Assembly (NCBI GenBank): GCA_002633005.1 | Contig: NMRA01000085.1 | Span: 547,508 to 611,507 of the forward strand | DNA: 64,000 nt | Reading direction: 5' to 3' | DNA from: Phoronis australis | Taxonomy: Eukaryota; Animalia; Phoronida | Shown: positions 10,278 to 25,100 of the stretch, one piece after another | How positions within the stretch are numbered: the stretch's first letter is position 1 | How the letters are laid out: the number at the start of each line of letters is the position of its first letter | Translations under genes and position numbers: made by a program | Notes under the pieces: generated by a model | Seen by the model: the letters and a program-made list of their open reading frames with translations, nothing else | Told to the model about the DNA's origin: nothing | Databases searched by the model: none

Positions 10278-13200
10278 ATGTTTATGTCATGGAAAATTCC
10301 TTCACGATTACTCAGCACGGGTGACGCGATGGACACCATAGAAGCAGGTAACATTCAATTGACATGCAGGCGTTCTTTAAAATCTGCTGCAAAGACTTTT
10401 CGATATTTTTTACCAAAATAAAGTCAACTCGTTTGTCAGTTGTGTCGTGATCACCAGTTTGATTCTATATCCTGTGATTGAACTCCGTGTCTGCTCATTT
10501 CACACTAGACAAAACGTGTTCCAGCCGGCCAGACTCGGCATTCTCAGTCGGTCGAGTCACAGTTGGCCGCCCGTGAATACTTCCCCGACGACGTCATAAT
10601 TACTATTTCTTGGCACTTGTTTGACGCAGTGTTTCGGCCTCATTTGATTCGCAAAAGTACGGACAAAATGAAACAAGCTAGGGTTGCACACGGCAAGGAC
10701 GGATGGGTGGTTTCCTCATAGCACGCACGTTCAGTGCTCATAATCAGTATGCAGGAAGCTGTACAAGGACATTTCCTACGTTATGATGCATCAGCATAAA
10801 GCTGTTATAGTTTGGTTTCAGGCTTTGCTCAATAGTTGAATTATTTTTGCATTACTTTAGTCTCATGTGACAAGTAGATCCGGCGACAATTTCTTCGTAG
10901 TACGTAGTCCTTGGCACGTAGAGTGAAGTGTGGGGACCATGGAAATCTGCCTCACCATAATCCGTGTCTTCGTGTGCATAGCACATGAAGGCTTCAGTTC
11001 GTCCAAACCTTTTTTCAGATAACCCCGATGAATTATTGTCGCAAGTGGCAAAGCTACGTCTGGACCCTCCCGAGAACGCCACGTATCGGCTTCCCATGAC
11101 ATCCAAACCTGACCGCGCGCTGCCCACAGAATCGCCACAACACCACCAATTGCATGATAAAGTGCGGAATGCTTCTGGTTGTAAGTGATCTCGTGTTTTC
11201 TGTTGGGTAAATGTATTCAGTAAACAGAAACACTGACTTGGAGACTGGTAAACACACGTAGGTCAGTAGACCCTAGGTCTAATAGGTGAACATGATGAAG
11301 TGAGTTTATTTATTTGTCTTGAGTTCCACTCTCTTACTGAACCACCTATTTCAGTGGCAGTGTCCCGACGGGACGCTCAAAGTGGTGACTGAGCCACCCA
11401 GGGTCAAGTCTTCAAGTAATGACTTATGTCACTATGGCCTCTGAAATGCTGTCTCTTACACGTTTAACAATGAATGAACATGACCAATATCGTAATGTGT
11501 AATTATTCTGATTAATAAAATTACATTTTTTACACGATAATCAGGCTATGCGACTTTTGTGATATTAGTCTTCAGTTCGAATATTTCACGACCATTCGTT
11601 ATTCCCCTAAATACCGTAATAGACGAGAAAATGAAGGTTGTATTCAAGCGATTGGCAAACATTTTAAGTTGTAAGATTAATATGCTCCAGAAATTTGCCG
11701 TAAGGCATCTGAACGCTACAGCACCATTTGCTGTCTGCCACGTCACCAGTGGAAATTATAATTAAGTCAAATTCACACTGCACACGAACATTATCTTGTT
11801 GATACACGACCTCTTTCGGAATGAATTTGATACAGCGGTGATCTTCAGCCAGTATTTGTACTCGTTTACGTAGTTGTCAGTTCCTTTTCTCGTAAAAAAC
11901 GGAAAGGCTTTCTGAGCGCAAATTGAATGAATATTTTAAAAAACACATTTTTGCATAGGCAATAAAGGCACATGCTACTGGAACGGTAACGGTTGTGATA
12001 GTCCTAGTAGAAACAGTAGCAGTAGTTGTATTCTAAAGAAGTAGCGTCTTGCCGCAAAATATTTAGAACTCTCTCAGTTATTCTTGTCAATTAAAATAAA
12101 GTTAGGTTGAATCTTAGAAAAATGTCCAGATTTGACCAACTTTGGAATATCATATCTCAAAAATACCGGGCTAATCGAATCCCTATGAAACTTTTGGTCT
12201 TTGCATTGTTATTTAAAACGTTGTGCGCGCAATTGTTGTATAATGTTCCCTTTCTGCATGAGGGGCTAACAAAAATAGGGCTTTAATTATGATTTTTATA
12301 AAAAGATCAAAAAACTGTGTAAAACGAAAACGAAATCGTACTTTAGAAAACTAGAACTTTTAATATGATTTTTATGAAAAATGAAAAAGTGCCATAGAGC
12401 GAAAACGAAATGATCATTTAGAAACTGTAACAATATTTCGGGATTTCCCCCTTGGTCTTTTATCGAACGAATATTGATCCTGTTATTATACCATTGTTTG
12501 CCCATTAAATTTTACTCTTTAAAAGGCATGGTCTCGTGGCCCAGTCAATGGGAGATTGTTATGAAATTCTACAGCCTTTCTAAAGAAAATGTACAATTTT
12601 ACTGGCAAAGATTTATAGTTATGTAGATTTTAGCTAAATACACGATTGTAAGGTCTTATGTAACGATAATAATTCAAAAAAAAACTCGTGATAACCAGCA
12701 TTCAATGGCTATTTCAGTACCTGACATTAACAAGACCCAATCTAGATTGTGTAGTGCCAGGGAACCTTCTGCAAAATCCTTGACGGACAACGAGAAAAAG
12801 GTAAGGCCATCGTGTGATGCGCATAATTACGTTATTATAACTTATCACGACGACAATCCCGGTATTCTATGATGTGTCGGTGAAGTGAAGAGACAGTTAC
12901 ATATGTAGGGTCATCTGTGCTTTTGCTGGAGTTTGGATGTCAGTTATGTCCAAGCATCTTAATGTTCTACGTATCTTGGGGACATAGCGAAGACGGAGAG
13001 ATCTGAGATGATCTGGCTGAAAGACAGTTGAGGTGAACGCTGGCGTCAAGGCGTGAAAATGCAACTGCAACTGAAAGAGCAACCATTAGTTCAATCGCGT
13101 GCTCTCGCCTTTGACTGTCAGCTCAGCCGTCTTTCACTTGAAACGTTCTGCTCAGCTCTTAGCTCTATGTGTGCGGTGGCCCTTACATGTATCTTGCTAC

Positions 13201-14894
13201 AGTGTCCAAGGACAACTGTCAGTTTGAATATCGCTCTTAATTTTGGTATGGCTGTCTTGCGTCAATGACGAGTGGGACCTTTGTCAGCCATGACGGTTAA
13301 GCATTGTTTGTACAGTCACAGTTCAACACGAGAAGTTCGACATTATCTACTTTTAGTTCATCAGTCGAACAATCCAACCCGCCATGCAGAGGCGAGCTCA
13401 AAGCTGGCTAAAACAGGCGCCAAAAGAGGACCGAAAAGTAATCGAGCAAGCTTTGCGTATTGCCGACAACAAGCGCGTGGATAAGACACTGGAGAAAGCG
13501 CTCCTACCAGATCCGAAAAAGGCTGCGTACAAATGGCTAGAAACAGCCCACGAGAGAGGTAACCTTGAAGTTGGACATCTCAACTTAGTTTCGCTGAATC
13601 TTGATGTAAAACGTTTGCCCTTTTGAAGTATCGAATATTTGCTTCGCTTTTTTACGACGTATACACCATACCTGCGGGTGTCGATGGCTTCCACACTGTA
13701 AGGTCTGTTTCAACAGTTTAATGGTAGAACAGCACGCCACGTGATCACTTGATGTTGACACTTTTTCAGTATGTTTTGTTAATGTTAATGTGAATGTCTT
13801 TAACATTGTGACCACAATGCTGGATATAATCTTATGTCAAAACAACTCATCGCAAAATGATTTAGACAGTCAATGTTTCCAAAAAAACTGGGACCAGACG
13901 GCCCCACAACGTTGAAAGAAAATTTCAAATGAAATTTCCAGAAGTTTGAATCATAATGTTTCAAATCATCTACCTTCGCACAATATGAACTATTTCCCTT
14001 TTAGACCGTGAGGTAGCGCTGACATTTTTCCAATCGGTAGCTGGTTCGAAACTGATGGGCGATACAACGGAGCAGCAAAAGAAACGACTGGCGCAGCTCA
14101 TCGAAACCTTGGAGAGGTAATTCCAATCCTAATAGATCCTCTTTATCCCATGCAGTACAAAAGGGAGTGAAAATTCCGCTACAGTTTATATAGTTGCAAT
14201 AATGTTTATGGCCTGCTCTTGTATACCGACTGTTCATTTCGAGCGAAATAATACTCCACGAGAATCATTTTTGATAAGAAATAAGGAAACCTTGCGGCTG
14301 TACCGAAATATCCAGAAACACGGCACAGTTTTGGATTCCCCGTGGGGTGTAAAGGAGACAACTGTTTGGGCCCCTCTCGATACTGCATTTTAAAGTGTGC
14401 GTGCATTTCGAATTTCCGGTGATGCAGTTCCATGCAGAATTAGAATTGTATATCAATGGAAATTTACAATTAACATCAATTGTAGGCTACTTGACCATTT
14501 TGTTAATAATCCCAACGCATCTGATTGCTGTTGTTCTATGTGGCTTCGTGGGACACTACAAACCATTAAGTTGTGCAACGAATTATGTATGCACGTTTAA
14601 TGACCAGGACGCTGAACTGTATACATTCGCTTCCATTGCGTTTGCAGGGGTAAACCAGTCGGTCTCTTCTCCCTTCCGACGCCACGCCCCTTGACCAAGT
14701 CGCAGGGAGGCACCAAACTTCAACATATCCGTCTGTTGACTTCGAACACTCGCAAGAACCGATGGCAACATACCACGTGGCACCATCTACCAGTGTTCGG
14801 GACGAACAATCGCGTGGAGAATAGAACATCAATATATACACAACCACACGCTCCCGTCCCAACTCAGTATGTTATACATCCGGACTTGGGTTAA
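10278..14894 (+). CDS. Uncharacterised multi-exon protein (about 291 aa) with an internal 41-aa repeat
   Basis: Exons 10278-10347, 11019-11180, 12718-12800, 13357-13558, 14005-14116 and 14648-14894 all have AG/GT ends and compatible phases (876 nt, no internal stop, ends YVIHPDLG*). Two optional in-frame micro-exons are 10509-10550 and 11355-11384. The start codon is uncertain (10278 or 10329). Confidence 0.75.
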
Positions 14895-17800
14895 ACCTCT
14901 GTGTAGTTGGTTACGAACATGTGCTCAACTCGTTTGTTAAACAGTAGCGAATTGACGGACGAGCCTTCAATCAGTTATAAAAACCATGACATTTATTGCA
15001 TATATTATGTTAATATCTTGAGTTCCGATTTCTCTTCTCCTTGAAAGGTCATGAAAACACAAGAGGTGCGTGCTGCAATTGAAAAAAAAAAACCTCTGGC
15101 AGGTTTTCTTCTTATATGTTATTCTTCGCGACTGTCCTTAGTTGCTGTCTGCAAAGTGAAACACGTTTATATAAATTTCTTTCACGACTGTTTACCCCAC
15201 ACTTCCTATTGTCATTACTGTGATAATGCTTTTCGTGTATTTTATGTTTGTCTTGTTGTTGTGTTGTAAATGTAATACTAATCAACTTATAGTTGGAAGT
15301 TGTCATTCTTTCTACCAATGTAACGCTAGGACCTCGCTAAATAGCAAGACTTCGCGATTGCAGCGTATTTTAAATCAGAACACGTGACTTTGGCTAGATT
15401 TTAGCTTGGTCTTGGTGTAGGTCCTAGCTAGCGTTACTGCACGCACGCCAGGTTTACTCAAGTACTGTTTAAATTACATAACTTATGACCACAGATCATA
15501 CGCGTATTGGGCGGGGCAACAAAAATTTCGGGCAGCGGAGCATCCAATGGAAAAATACTGGAAAAGCATACAGGAGGTGAAATCGGTGGTGACACCTTCA
15601 GTCGGGCAAAGCTATGTCATGTGGCCCCCGACCAGATAAGCCAATGCTGAGAGTTCAGCTAAGTATTACGCACCTATAGTCTCCGACGGCACCTTTGACC
15701 TGCCAATACACACAAAAACACACGTAACACTTGATTTAGCAAAGGCATTTATAAAACTTTCTGGCAATGGCGACGACAGAATCCAACACAAGATGACAAT
15801 GAACCAAGCGTTTTTCAGATACATGGAATTTATTTGTCCTTTCATTCTCTATCTGTACACATTATGCAAAGGCGGTTTAGGACAACTCAACACACATTTA
15901 GTTTAAATAACACTTTAATGTAACAATCAAATTTAATTCCACCTAATTAACCATTAACGAGACTTAAAAAAATCATTTGTACTTGCGCGACAAGTCGACT
16001 TTGACGTTTGGTTTGCAAGAGCTCACAATAGGTGGCGATGACGCAGACGTCCAGCTTGTTGACATGAAGAGACGGGAGTGTGGCAGGAAATGTTCGGATG
16101 AATAGCACGGTAGCCTGTTACAAGTCAACTCGCCACACAGCGACTGGTAGATCCAATGTTCTTAATACAGTATTTAAATCTGCATTTCGCTTTATTTAGC
16201 TCCGTAAAAAAGAAAATCGAATTAGTCCTTTGATAATAAAATCCGTTGGGTAATGTTCCGTTATGGTATAGGTTTCTTTTTAGGTAATCAATTGCTGGGT
16301 GACTAGCAATGATTACTTGTGAATTTGTGAATTTGCAATTTTAGGATTTGCCAACACCAATAAGCTCTAAAGGGTTTATTAGCGTTTTTTTAGTCGCTGA
16401 TGGTTTGGATGTTGTTGCTGGTAACGGATATAAAGTTGCATCATGGTAAAGAATATTACCAGGCTCATATTAAGCAAGTAAAGGCCAATTCAAGTAATTT
16501 GATTTTCATGTTAAGCAAAGAAAAATCCATCTTTCAGCTACAAAAACAGCTGTTTCAATCGCTGCTAGACAAATATCTCATAACCATCAACCAAGAAGCT
16601 TTTTAAAAGTCAATAACCTCATTTCGGATATTTTGCCCATGGACAACATTTCTTCAAAGACCTTTGTTCAATCTCAGATCAAACCACACAGATATGTTTC
16701 TAAGGCAACTGCAATACAACAATTGCAAAGGCAAACTAAAGGTTCTCCACAACTCTACAACCCAAAATAGAGTGAACAACAGTACAGGTACATTACAAGG
16801 GAGGCTCGAGTCAGTCCAAGAAAAGTTTGTGCTTCATCAACATAGAACAACACAACTGTAAAGTTTTATAAAATTTAGGGAATTTTTACATCAAAGTCCA
16901 CAGACTTTGCTTACTATTATCACAGTGAAGTTGACATGGTAAACACATAATGCAATAATTTAAGTGAAAAGCGAGTCTACATCTAATTCAACGTGTGAAC
17001 AAGCCGGATGTCTTTAATTCTGGTTATAAACTTCCAACGAAGATCTTCCCGAGTTTTAAAGATACCAGAACAAGATCCTTATATTACGGAAATGGGTACA
17101 AGTAAACAGTGTTCAAACAAAATTACCCACAATTCATCGTCATGAGGACAAAAGCCAAGTTCATCGTCAGAGCAGTCTTTTCTTATGACTCAGAGTGAAC
17201 AGAAATGAACAGAAATGAACAGGAAAAATAGTAAGGTGGATAAGGCATTCTGTAATTTTACTGCTCTTATAGTTATGTTTGCTATAAACAGAATTAGTGG
17301 TCATGGCGGGAAATTTTATTTTGTCTGATTACTTTAGTCTTGTATTCCAAATGCTGATAAGTTTCCAAAGGTTTTACAAATTGTAATGCATATCAAATCT
17401 TCGAAATATTCAAACTCCGTATATGCTTCTTGCGTCACATTTTGGGTATTACAGTCACGCCTTTCCTGGATAATATTGAGATATATAGCTCACCCGATAA
17501 TAGCTACATGTAGGTGGCGCTGCATCAGTAGTAACACGTCTATCACACAACAAAAGAGAGGACCACATGTTAAGATAACATGGCCATTTATATGTACACA
17601 ATTTGCCAACATTTTGTTGTTTTCCTCAACAGTTGGCTTAAAAGTAAAGAAATCCTTCTGCACCTTAAGGAAGCACACGGCATAATTACTAAGTAATGCA
17701 ATTTCTCAAACACAATTAACTAACGAAGAAGCTCAAGACTGTTGAACAGAGACACAATGCCCTCAGTTCACAATAGTACAACACTTGGCAGTTTTTACTT

Positions 17801-18694
17801 TCCATTCATATTGGTTTTCACCCTCCTGCTACTACTGGCCTACCGAAGGGGCGAGCACAGCATGCATCCCTATCAATTTTAATAAAACCCTCCTTCAGTC
17901 AAAACTCACTTCACTTTTACATTTTGCCCCCCCACCCCCCCCNNNNNNNNNNNNNNNNNNNNCCAGGTAACCGCTCCCTTACTTCAGCCCCTCCCCCCAT
18001 CCCCGTTGCCAACCATTTTGCATTTGGGCAAGTCATGTTGCATTGTACGCAGGTGACAGCATTCATGCGATGCCTACAATCAAAATAAGCAAAACAGCCA
18101 AGGTTGACTCTATGACACTAGCACCCATGCTCAATATGAGACATTTTCATGTGAGGCAGGGTAACTTGTCGTCACCTAATAATAAATAGGTGTTGCATAA
18201 ATTAAACAGGTACTTGTTTTTTTCACATACAATAGCACTTGCTCATATCTTTAAATAAATACTACAGGTTGGCACTGCACCCTGACTCTGTGAAAGGCGA
18301 CGCCCCTCTCACACTGTAGAGAACAACTTACAACAGTCACACGCCATCTGTTGGTCATCTCACACGCAATTCCCACATATAAACTGAATAATGATGAAAT
18401 GACCTTGACCTTTGCATGTAACTATCATTCCACATCTAAAGCATAACCTGTTGACATTGTTGAAACTACAGCAACTTTGCACGTAACCTTTGACCTTAAT
18501 TTCCCAACTGCCTTCTCCATTATCTCCTACATCAATGCACCAAGCTGTGACTGTTCACAAGTCCTTGTAAACAATGATCAATCAAACCATGACCTTCTCC
18601 AGGGAGCGACCAATAACTTCTCATTTTGTATTCAACATTTTGATCACCCTAGAACTTCAACATCATTCCCAACGGCTGAACTCCATCATCTTCA

Positions 18695-18908
18695 CAAACA
18701 CTACAACCAAACTCCTACCACTGACCTACACACTGAATATTCTCATTCGCTGCATGTCACAGATGCTGACCCTTGACCCCTAGAAGACACACTTTCATTG
18801 AAAGTACCTCATCCTCTTCTCAAACACTACAACCATTCTCCGACACCTTGACCTGCTCACTAGACATTCTCATTGGTTATATGTAAGGGGTCGTGACCCT
18901 TGACCCCT
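18695..18908. repeat. Diverged duplication in the GAPVD1 3' UTR
   Basis: caaacactacaacca...ttctcatt...tgacccttgacccct occurs at about 18695-18781 and 18821-18908. Confidence 0.65.
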
Positions 18909-18920
18909 GCTGCCACTCTC

Positions 18921-19193
18921 TCATTCGCTGTATTCCATGGTCTTGACAAACTCAACTGCAGCACAGAACTGCATCCACCAGTACTGCTCCTCCCCGTGCA
19001 GCCTCTTCGCATAGAAACCATTCACATACTGTATAGTTGACAACAAGTTGGGGGGATTAGCCTTCACTAGTACGAAGATCATTACAGGCATGAAGTCGTC
19101 TGCTGCTGGTACCGACGTCTCGTTGGCTATACTGAGTAACTTCATTATTATGGCGGCACAGCGCAGCACACACTGCAGTTTGTCTTTGGGCGT
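18921..19193 (-). CDS. GAPVD1: GAPVD1 last coding exon (VPS9 domain C-terminus)
   Basis: TPKDKLQCVLRC...ADDFMP...YWWMQF...MEYSE*, after a tttcag acceptor. Confidence 0.95.
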   Translation of the reverse strand, partial: TPKDKLQCVLRCAAIIMKLLSIANETSVPAADDFMPVMIFVLVKANPPNLLSTIQYVNGFYAKRLHGEEQYWWMQFCAAVEFVKTMEYSE

Positions 19194-22100
19194 CTGAAAC
19201 AGAACCATGATGTCAGAAAGACCATAAAATGGAGACGCGTTAAGATGACCGGTACACAGGAGCCAAGACAATAGACACATGCGAGGGTCCTGGATTTTGA
19301 GAACCAGTTTGATGCCTGTTATTCAGTAGAGGAAACTGGTTATCAAGATACAGAGCCCCTGTAAATGGCTTTTACCAGATCAGAAGCTTACTGACTAACT
19401 ACAGCATAATCATTTCATGTAAGATGTACACATTAAAAATAACAAGACAAAATGACCCAAAATTCCACATTGTGATGACAGAGTATACGTGCAGCTCAAC
19501 ACTAGAGCTGTTAGCATGACCCATCATGGCGCGTAATGGTATTTTGTCCGATTATTTTTCATATGTATTGTAGCAGTTGCAAAACGTTCAAATCAAGGTT
19601 GATCCATTAGGTCAGAAAACACAATCAACTGCTACCAGTGTAGTTCATCAATCTCTGAACACTGACAATGTTCTTGTAGTTGAATGCACGTGACCCTCCA
19701 AGATCTGCGCTATACGTACATCACAGTTCACAAATCTTTTATGCAATGAGCACCAATGGGGCAGGGAACCGACATCTGGAGAGGCTACCTCCCGCTCAGC
19801 GAAGAGGATCAAAGATCTGCCGTATGAAGCCACCCTTCAGACATCCGGGCATCACCAGTTCACAAAGTATTCATGAACTGCACTGTAACTGTTTACTGGT
19901 TGCACTTAACACTTACTTTGTAAGCGGTGAGCATTTGTATCTCTGCCTGGGCAGAGGGCCACGGGCACTCCTGCTGGTACATCCTCGGGATGGACAGGTA
20001 CTTATTGTTAGGAGAGATGCCCTTGGACAGTTTGCCTAGATGTTGGTGCAGGATTCTGGTGAAGAGAAACCCGAGAGATTATAAAGTGAGATAGATACAA
20101 GTTACAGGCAGAGCTGTCAGTTTGGTAAGAAGTTGTTGAACAACACATTTTTGTATACGAGTTCCTATGCTTAAAATAATATAATAGAATCTAGGAATGG
20201 GGCTTTTAGTATGTACAAGTTGCATCAACTTTCATTGCTTTTGTCACATTAGAGAGATGTATGTCAAAGATTAAAGATGAATTCCAGAATTTTATACATG
20301 AAAAAGGAACTACCACTTGATGCAGCATAAAATAAATGTAAACCCAACAAAACACTTGCTAACAACCTACTTGGTTCAACTGATTACTTACAGTATGTAT
20401 GACAAAAGTGTCAAAATGCCACAAAACGTCACAAAATTTCAGCCAAGAAAGTTCAGTCACAGAATGTCACAATGTCACAGATAATCAATTCTCTGATTGC
20501 GTGTCTCAATAAAACACAAACACGTCCAGACCAGTACGCAGCTGACTACAAATGAAAAAAAACAAATAAAACCAACTCACAAGATCTCATACATAGGAGG
20601 ATGGATGACAAGGTACGCACTAACTGAACACTTACTGATCTCTCAGAATGTCCCCATCACCGTTAGGGTACATGGCATGCGAGTAGATCCTGCCCATCAC
20701 GTTTCGTTCGATGGCCACCAGGGCGTCATCAAACTGCTGCTCGCTGGCACCTGTGGTCAGACCAGAACAATGTATATGACCACTCCAACCGTAATATCAA
20801 AAAATTCTCAAACATCAAAATGCTGCCCACATATAATGCTAATTCCATTTCTGAGCAATAATGTAATCCTTTGTATTTATCTATGCTATTAACATAAAAA
20901 TGTAAGAAATTGCTTTAAAGTATTAACTTTCATGCACTGCATGTTGTGAAGTAGGTTCAACAAATCTCACTATGACCTAGAAAACAAGGTCAAGGTCACC
21001 AAAATCAACCTATGCCTAGAGATGCCTTGTGGCTATGCAAGCACCGGCAGGGAATGGTGAATAGTATTACCTCTCCATACGGGGTCTGTGTCCATTTCTT
21101 TAGCCAGATATTCCAGGAACTCTTCAACCAGGTCAGTCTGAAGATACAGGCAACACGTACAATCACTGCAGTGTAGTTTGACAAACTATTTAAAGTCAAG
21201 TGTGTGACGCAGACCTAACAACAATGTGATCACTTCTGAATCATCTAAACAGTGACACTTTCTACAGGAGGCACGCAAAATTATTTAATTGTAACGGGAA
21301 ATGAGGATCACGTCAATTTTGAAACAAAAAAATCCGATCATCATCAATGTTGTCTAAAATTACAGAGCTGAATTCTTCCACAGGGAGCGCTAATTCACTT
21401 AAAGTCTCAAATCAAAGTGAATCGATTTTTTTAATAAATGTTGTTGATTACATTTTCATGACATCTTGTAACACGGTGTACAATTAAACACATATCACGT
21501 GCTAACTTTTAAACAACAATTCCTCCCAGACACTTTTCAAAATAAAATTTGTTCTAATTAGTGCAGTTAGGTGACTTTTAACAAAATGGAGCGGTAACAA
21601 ATCTCCTCACACCTACCTACACATAAATGCAACTTCTGTATTCATATCTTAGCGAGCGTTGTGCTCTCTTATGAAATCAAAATCAATATGTGCAAAATCA
21701 TTGTCAAAAGTGTCAACAAACAACAGCAACGGTACACACATCCATGCGTTTATGTCAAATTGGCACCGAATGTCACAAGAACCTTAGTTATCGGGTCGTC
21801 ATCATTTGATGCGTGCCAACATCAGCCAGAAGGCTGCATGCTGCACACCTGACAGTGGCCACTCTATGAGCAAAATCCGTGTGTGTACTTATCAAGACAC
21901 ATAAACTCAACGTTATTGAAACAGTGTTGATTCCATTTCTCCTTAATTACAAATAGGTCAGAGACAAAAAACATTTAACCGATACCTACGAAACAACAAA
22001 TCTAAACTTGGTCCGGCCTAACATCAAAGTTCGTACTCTTTAGCACCTATACTTCAATACCATCACTAATCCATTCCCTACGACCTTTGAACCATGACCA

Positions 22101-25100
22101 ACCATTGACCTTGGACCTACCTTCTCGTCGGACACTGTAAGCTTCTGAAATTCCTCAATCAGCTTGCAAATTTGTCGCTCTTTCTTCTCCAGGAAGTGAC
22201 GCACCAACACAGACACAAAGTATTTGTGACAGATGTCCTTGTCTCTGCAAGACAAAGAAAAGTGGTTCAACTGTAGGTGATGTACAGCGAAGAGCTGAAC
22301 TTCCCTCTAAAAATCCTGCCAACACTTATAAGGCGTTCAGATTTAATATCATCCTTTCACACGTTTAGATCGAAGATAACTTGTTCTAGTCAATGCCAAC
22401 TCGTTTTGAAACCTTCACCTCTGTCAAAGTTCAAAGAAAAAAATTCTCCCTTGCATCGTGTCTATCAAAGGTTTTTTTAATTTCAAAAGCTGCACTCAAC
22501 ATTCCTAAACTAGATGTTCAACAAACTGATTTGGATTCCTACCCATTTTGGCAGGCAGAGGGTGAATTTTTGTTTTTGAAAATTGTCAATCTAGCAAGAT
22601 ACCGCATCAGCGTAACAATGGTTTAAAACATGTACAGACCAAAACCCTGTTTGGCCTTACCTCCTTATTCGTCGTAGCAACCTTTCACAGTGAGCCTTTG
22701 TGGAGAGCAGACCCTGTCGAGAGCGTGTCAGGTAGGCTATGTATGGCCTTCTGCACTTGTAGTCTTCTTGCAGGGAGCGGATGAGCTTCTTAGTTCTGTA
22801 GAACGGACAGGAGTGGAGAAATAACGATGCAGGGATGGGGCTCGACAGACAGTTACGTGTTAAGCAACTAACAATTGATTGACAATGGGAGACTTTCAAA
22901 TGGCTACTTGGCGTTAACATGAGACCAGATACCAGTGGAATTCCCAGTCATTTTGTCTGAATATTGTTGGCTTGTACTGCAGCAATGCATCATAGAGTTC
23001 GTAGATCGTGACAGTTCACGAAGGATTGTCAAACCACATCAGACAGCGGATAATCTCATAACAACTGATGGCCAATGCTTACCCAGAATTGTCAACCTGT
23101 CGCAGAGAGCAGGTGGTGATTCAAAACCAAACCAAATCTCACTGGAGACTACCAACCAGATTGCAGTTCAATAGAAAGTCTATCTCATCCAGCATTGCCA
23201 ACCTACATCAGAGTCGAGAGCACATTGCGATTGAAAAGACAGTCACGCTTACCCAGGTTTGTCGAACTGCCTCAGACAACGGATGGTCTCGTGCAACTGA
23301 GCAATGAGGTTCTTGTCCTGAAGGTTGATTGCCTCCGCCAGCTGGATCTTTAAAAACGCCAACAGAGGGCTGGTGGGCCTCTCGGTGTTATCACCTGGAC
23401 CAGAAAGACAGTTGCAATATAAAATCATTGAATATAATGTAAATCACATTACACAGCAGTTGCTAAAGAGGCTATTAATAGACGTTTCATCAAAGAACTT
23501 GTGATGTAAAACACTAATATTGGTCTCAACTTGTTACATACTCAAATTACTCGAAAAAGAAAACGGAGAACTTGAGACGATGTTCGGTGCATAAAATGAC
23601 TCGCCGAGACGAGCCAAAACGATCACCATAGGCTCAAGCCATAACAAATGGTTAGATCTTTCTAATATTCCTAATGAAAAGTACGAGAACAATTTCACAG
23701 CATCAATTGATTGCATCTTACTTTTTGTGTTGGTGGGTACGTTTATATCCCTTAAAAAGTTTATGAAGACATTAATTTTGATAATGCTGTTGAATTATGG
23801 GAGAAAATTGTCCCACAACGCAATACTTTTTGACGCAAATGTCTCTCGAGTGGAATTACTACAGAGGAAAATGGAACTGTAACGTAACTTCACCAAATGT
23901 CTCAAAGATATTAGAAAAATGCTGTACAGTTTTCGCAGCTTGGCAATTTTAACAAGTAATTGAAAGATCGCAGTGCACCACTATTCTACTGCTTAAACAC
24001 TTGATAACAAAATAGTACGTAAACAGTTGAGTAAATTATTTTGGATGTATTTATTTGTAAATTGTCAAACTATTTAAAGTATGATTTGCTCAGCACATGT
24101 CATACAACCCATTTGAAGGAGACAGTAAAGACATATCACAAAGCTCACTGTGAACAGCCCTCACCTAGCAATAGCTGTTGCCGTGGACGACCAGCATTGA
24201 AAACCCAAGGCAATGTATGGAAATCGGCTGTGCCCAGCACGAGGCGAAGCTTGCGCTTGGCGTCCAGGAAGGCGGGACACGTCTCCAGATTGTCGGGGTC
24301 ATACATCGGTGGGTCAATGACCTCCTCTTCTTCCTCTCTCAGACCATCAGTGACCTCCTTGGGGTCAGGCGAGTCACCTCCACCAATCACGTGGCTAGAG
24401 TTGGACTTCTTGCGGTACTTGGCCAGGATGTCATCAGTGGTCTCAACTGAATGAAAAGAATAGAGCAATTACCAAGACAAGCAGACATGGGGTAAAGAAG
24501 GGTTATCATAACGCTGCCGAAACACCGACATTGTTTGATCCAAACCTCCATTGAACAGTGGTTGAAGCCAGGTGAATACAACCACTGACAAAATCTAAAC
24601 AGACCCAGAGAAGAAATGATATTAACAATGAGAAGACACAATCTTGCTTATTCGAAACACTAACAACAAGAAGGAGAACCATTACAGAAATTTGAAAAGA
24701 AACTCACAAGAGGGCATTACTAATATCTAGCGACAACTGCATGTGCGATCAAAATGAACCTAAAACAGTCGCAAGATAATTTAAATAACAGTTGACTGAT
24801 GCCAGTCTCTTCCCAAGAGAAAGGTTATTGATAAACTTGTCAAGATCCATGAAGCCATCCTGGAGGTGGAAACTAGCATTAGGAAGCATCTGAAAAAGTT
24901 AGAACCAATCAAAAACCAAAGGACCAGGTGCTGACCCCTACCACAAATTCAAGTTATACATCTCACCGACGGATATTTCTGCGACTTTACTATCACAATT
25001 AAGGCTGGGTACTCGAATCAGGTCTGGTTTAGCTGACAAAATGAGCTTCGTTTACGAAAGCAACCAACTGTTTTAATAGTTTACCCATCATGCTGGCAGG

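Noticed and set aside
11028-11180. In-frame TGA in an alternative frame (…RIGFP*HPNLTARC…) as a possible selenocysteine codon
   Set aside because: A different frame splices cleanly with no stop, and I saw no convincing SECIS hairpin after 14894.
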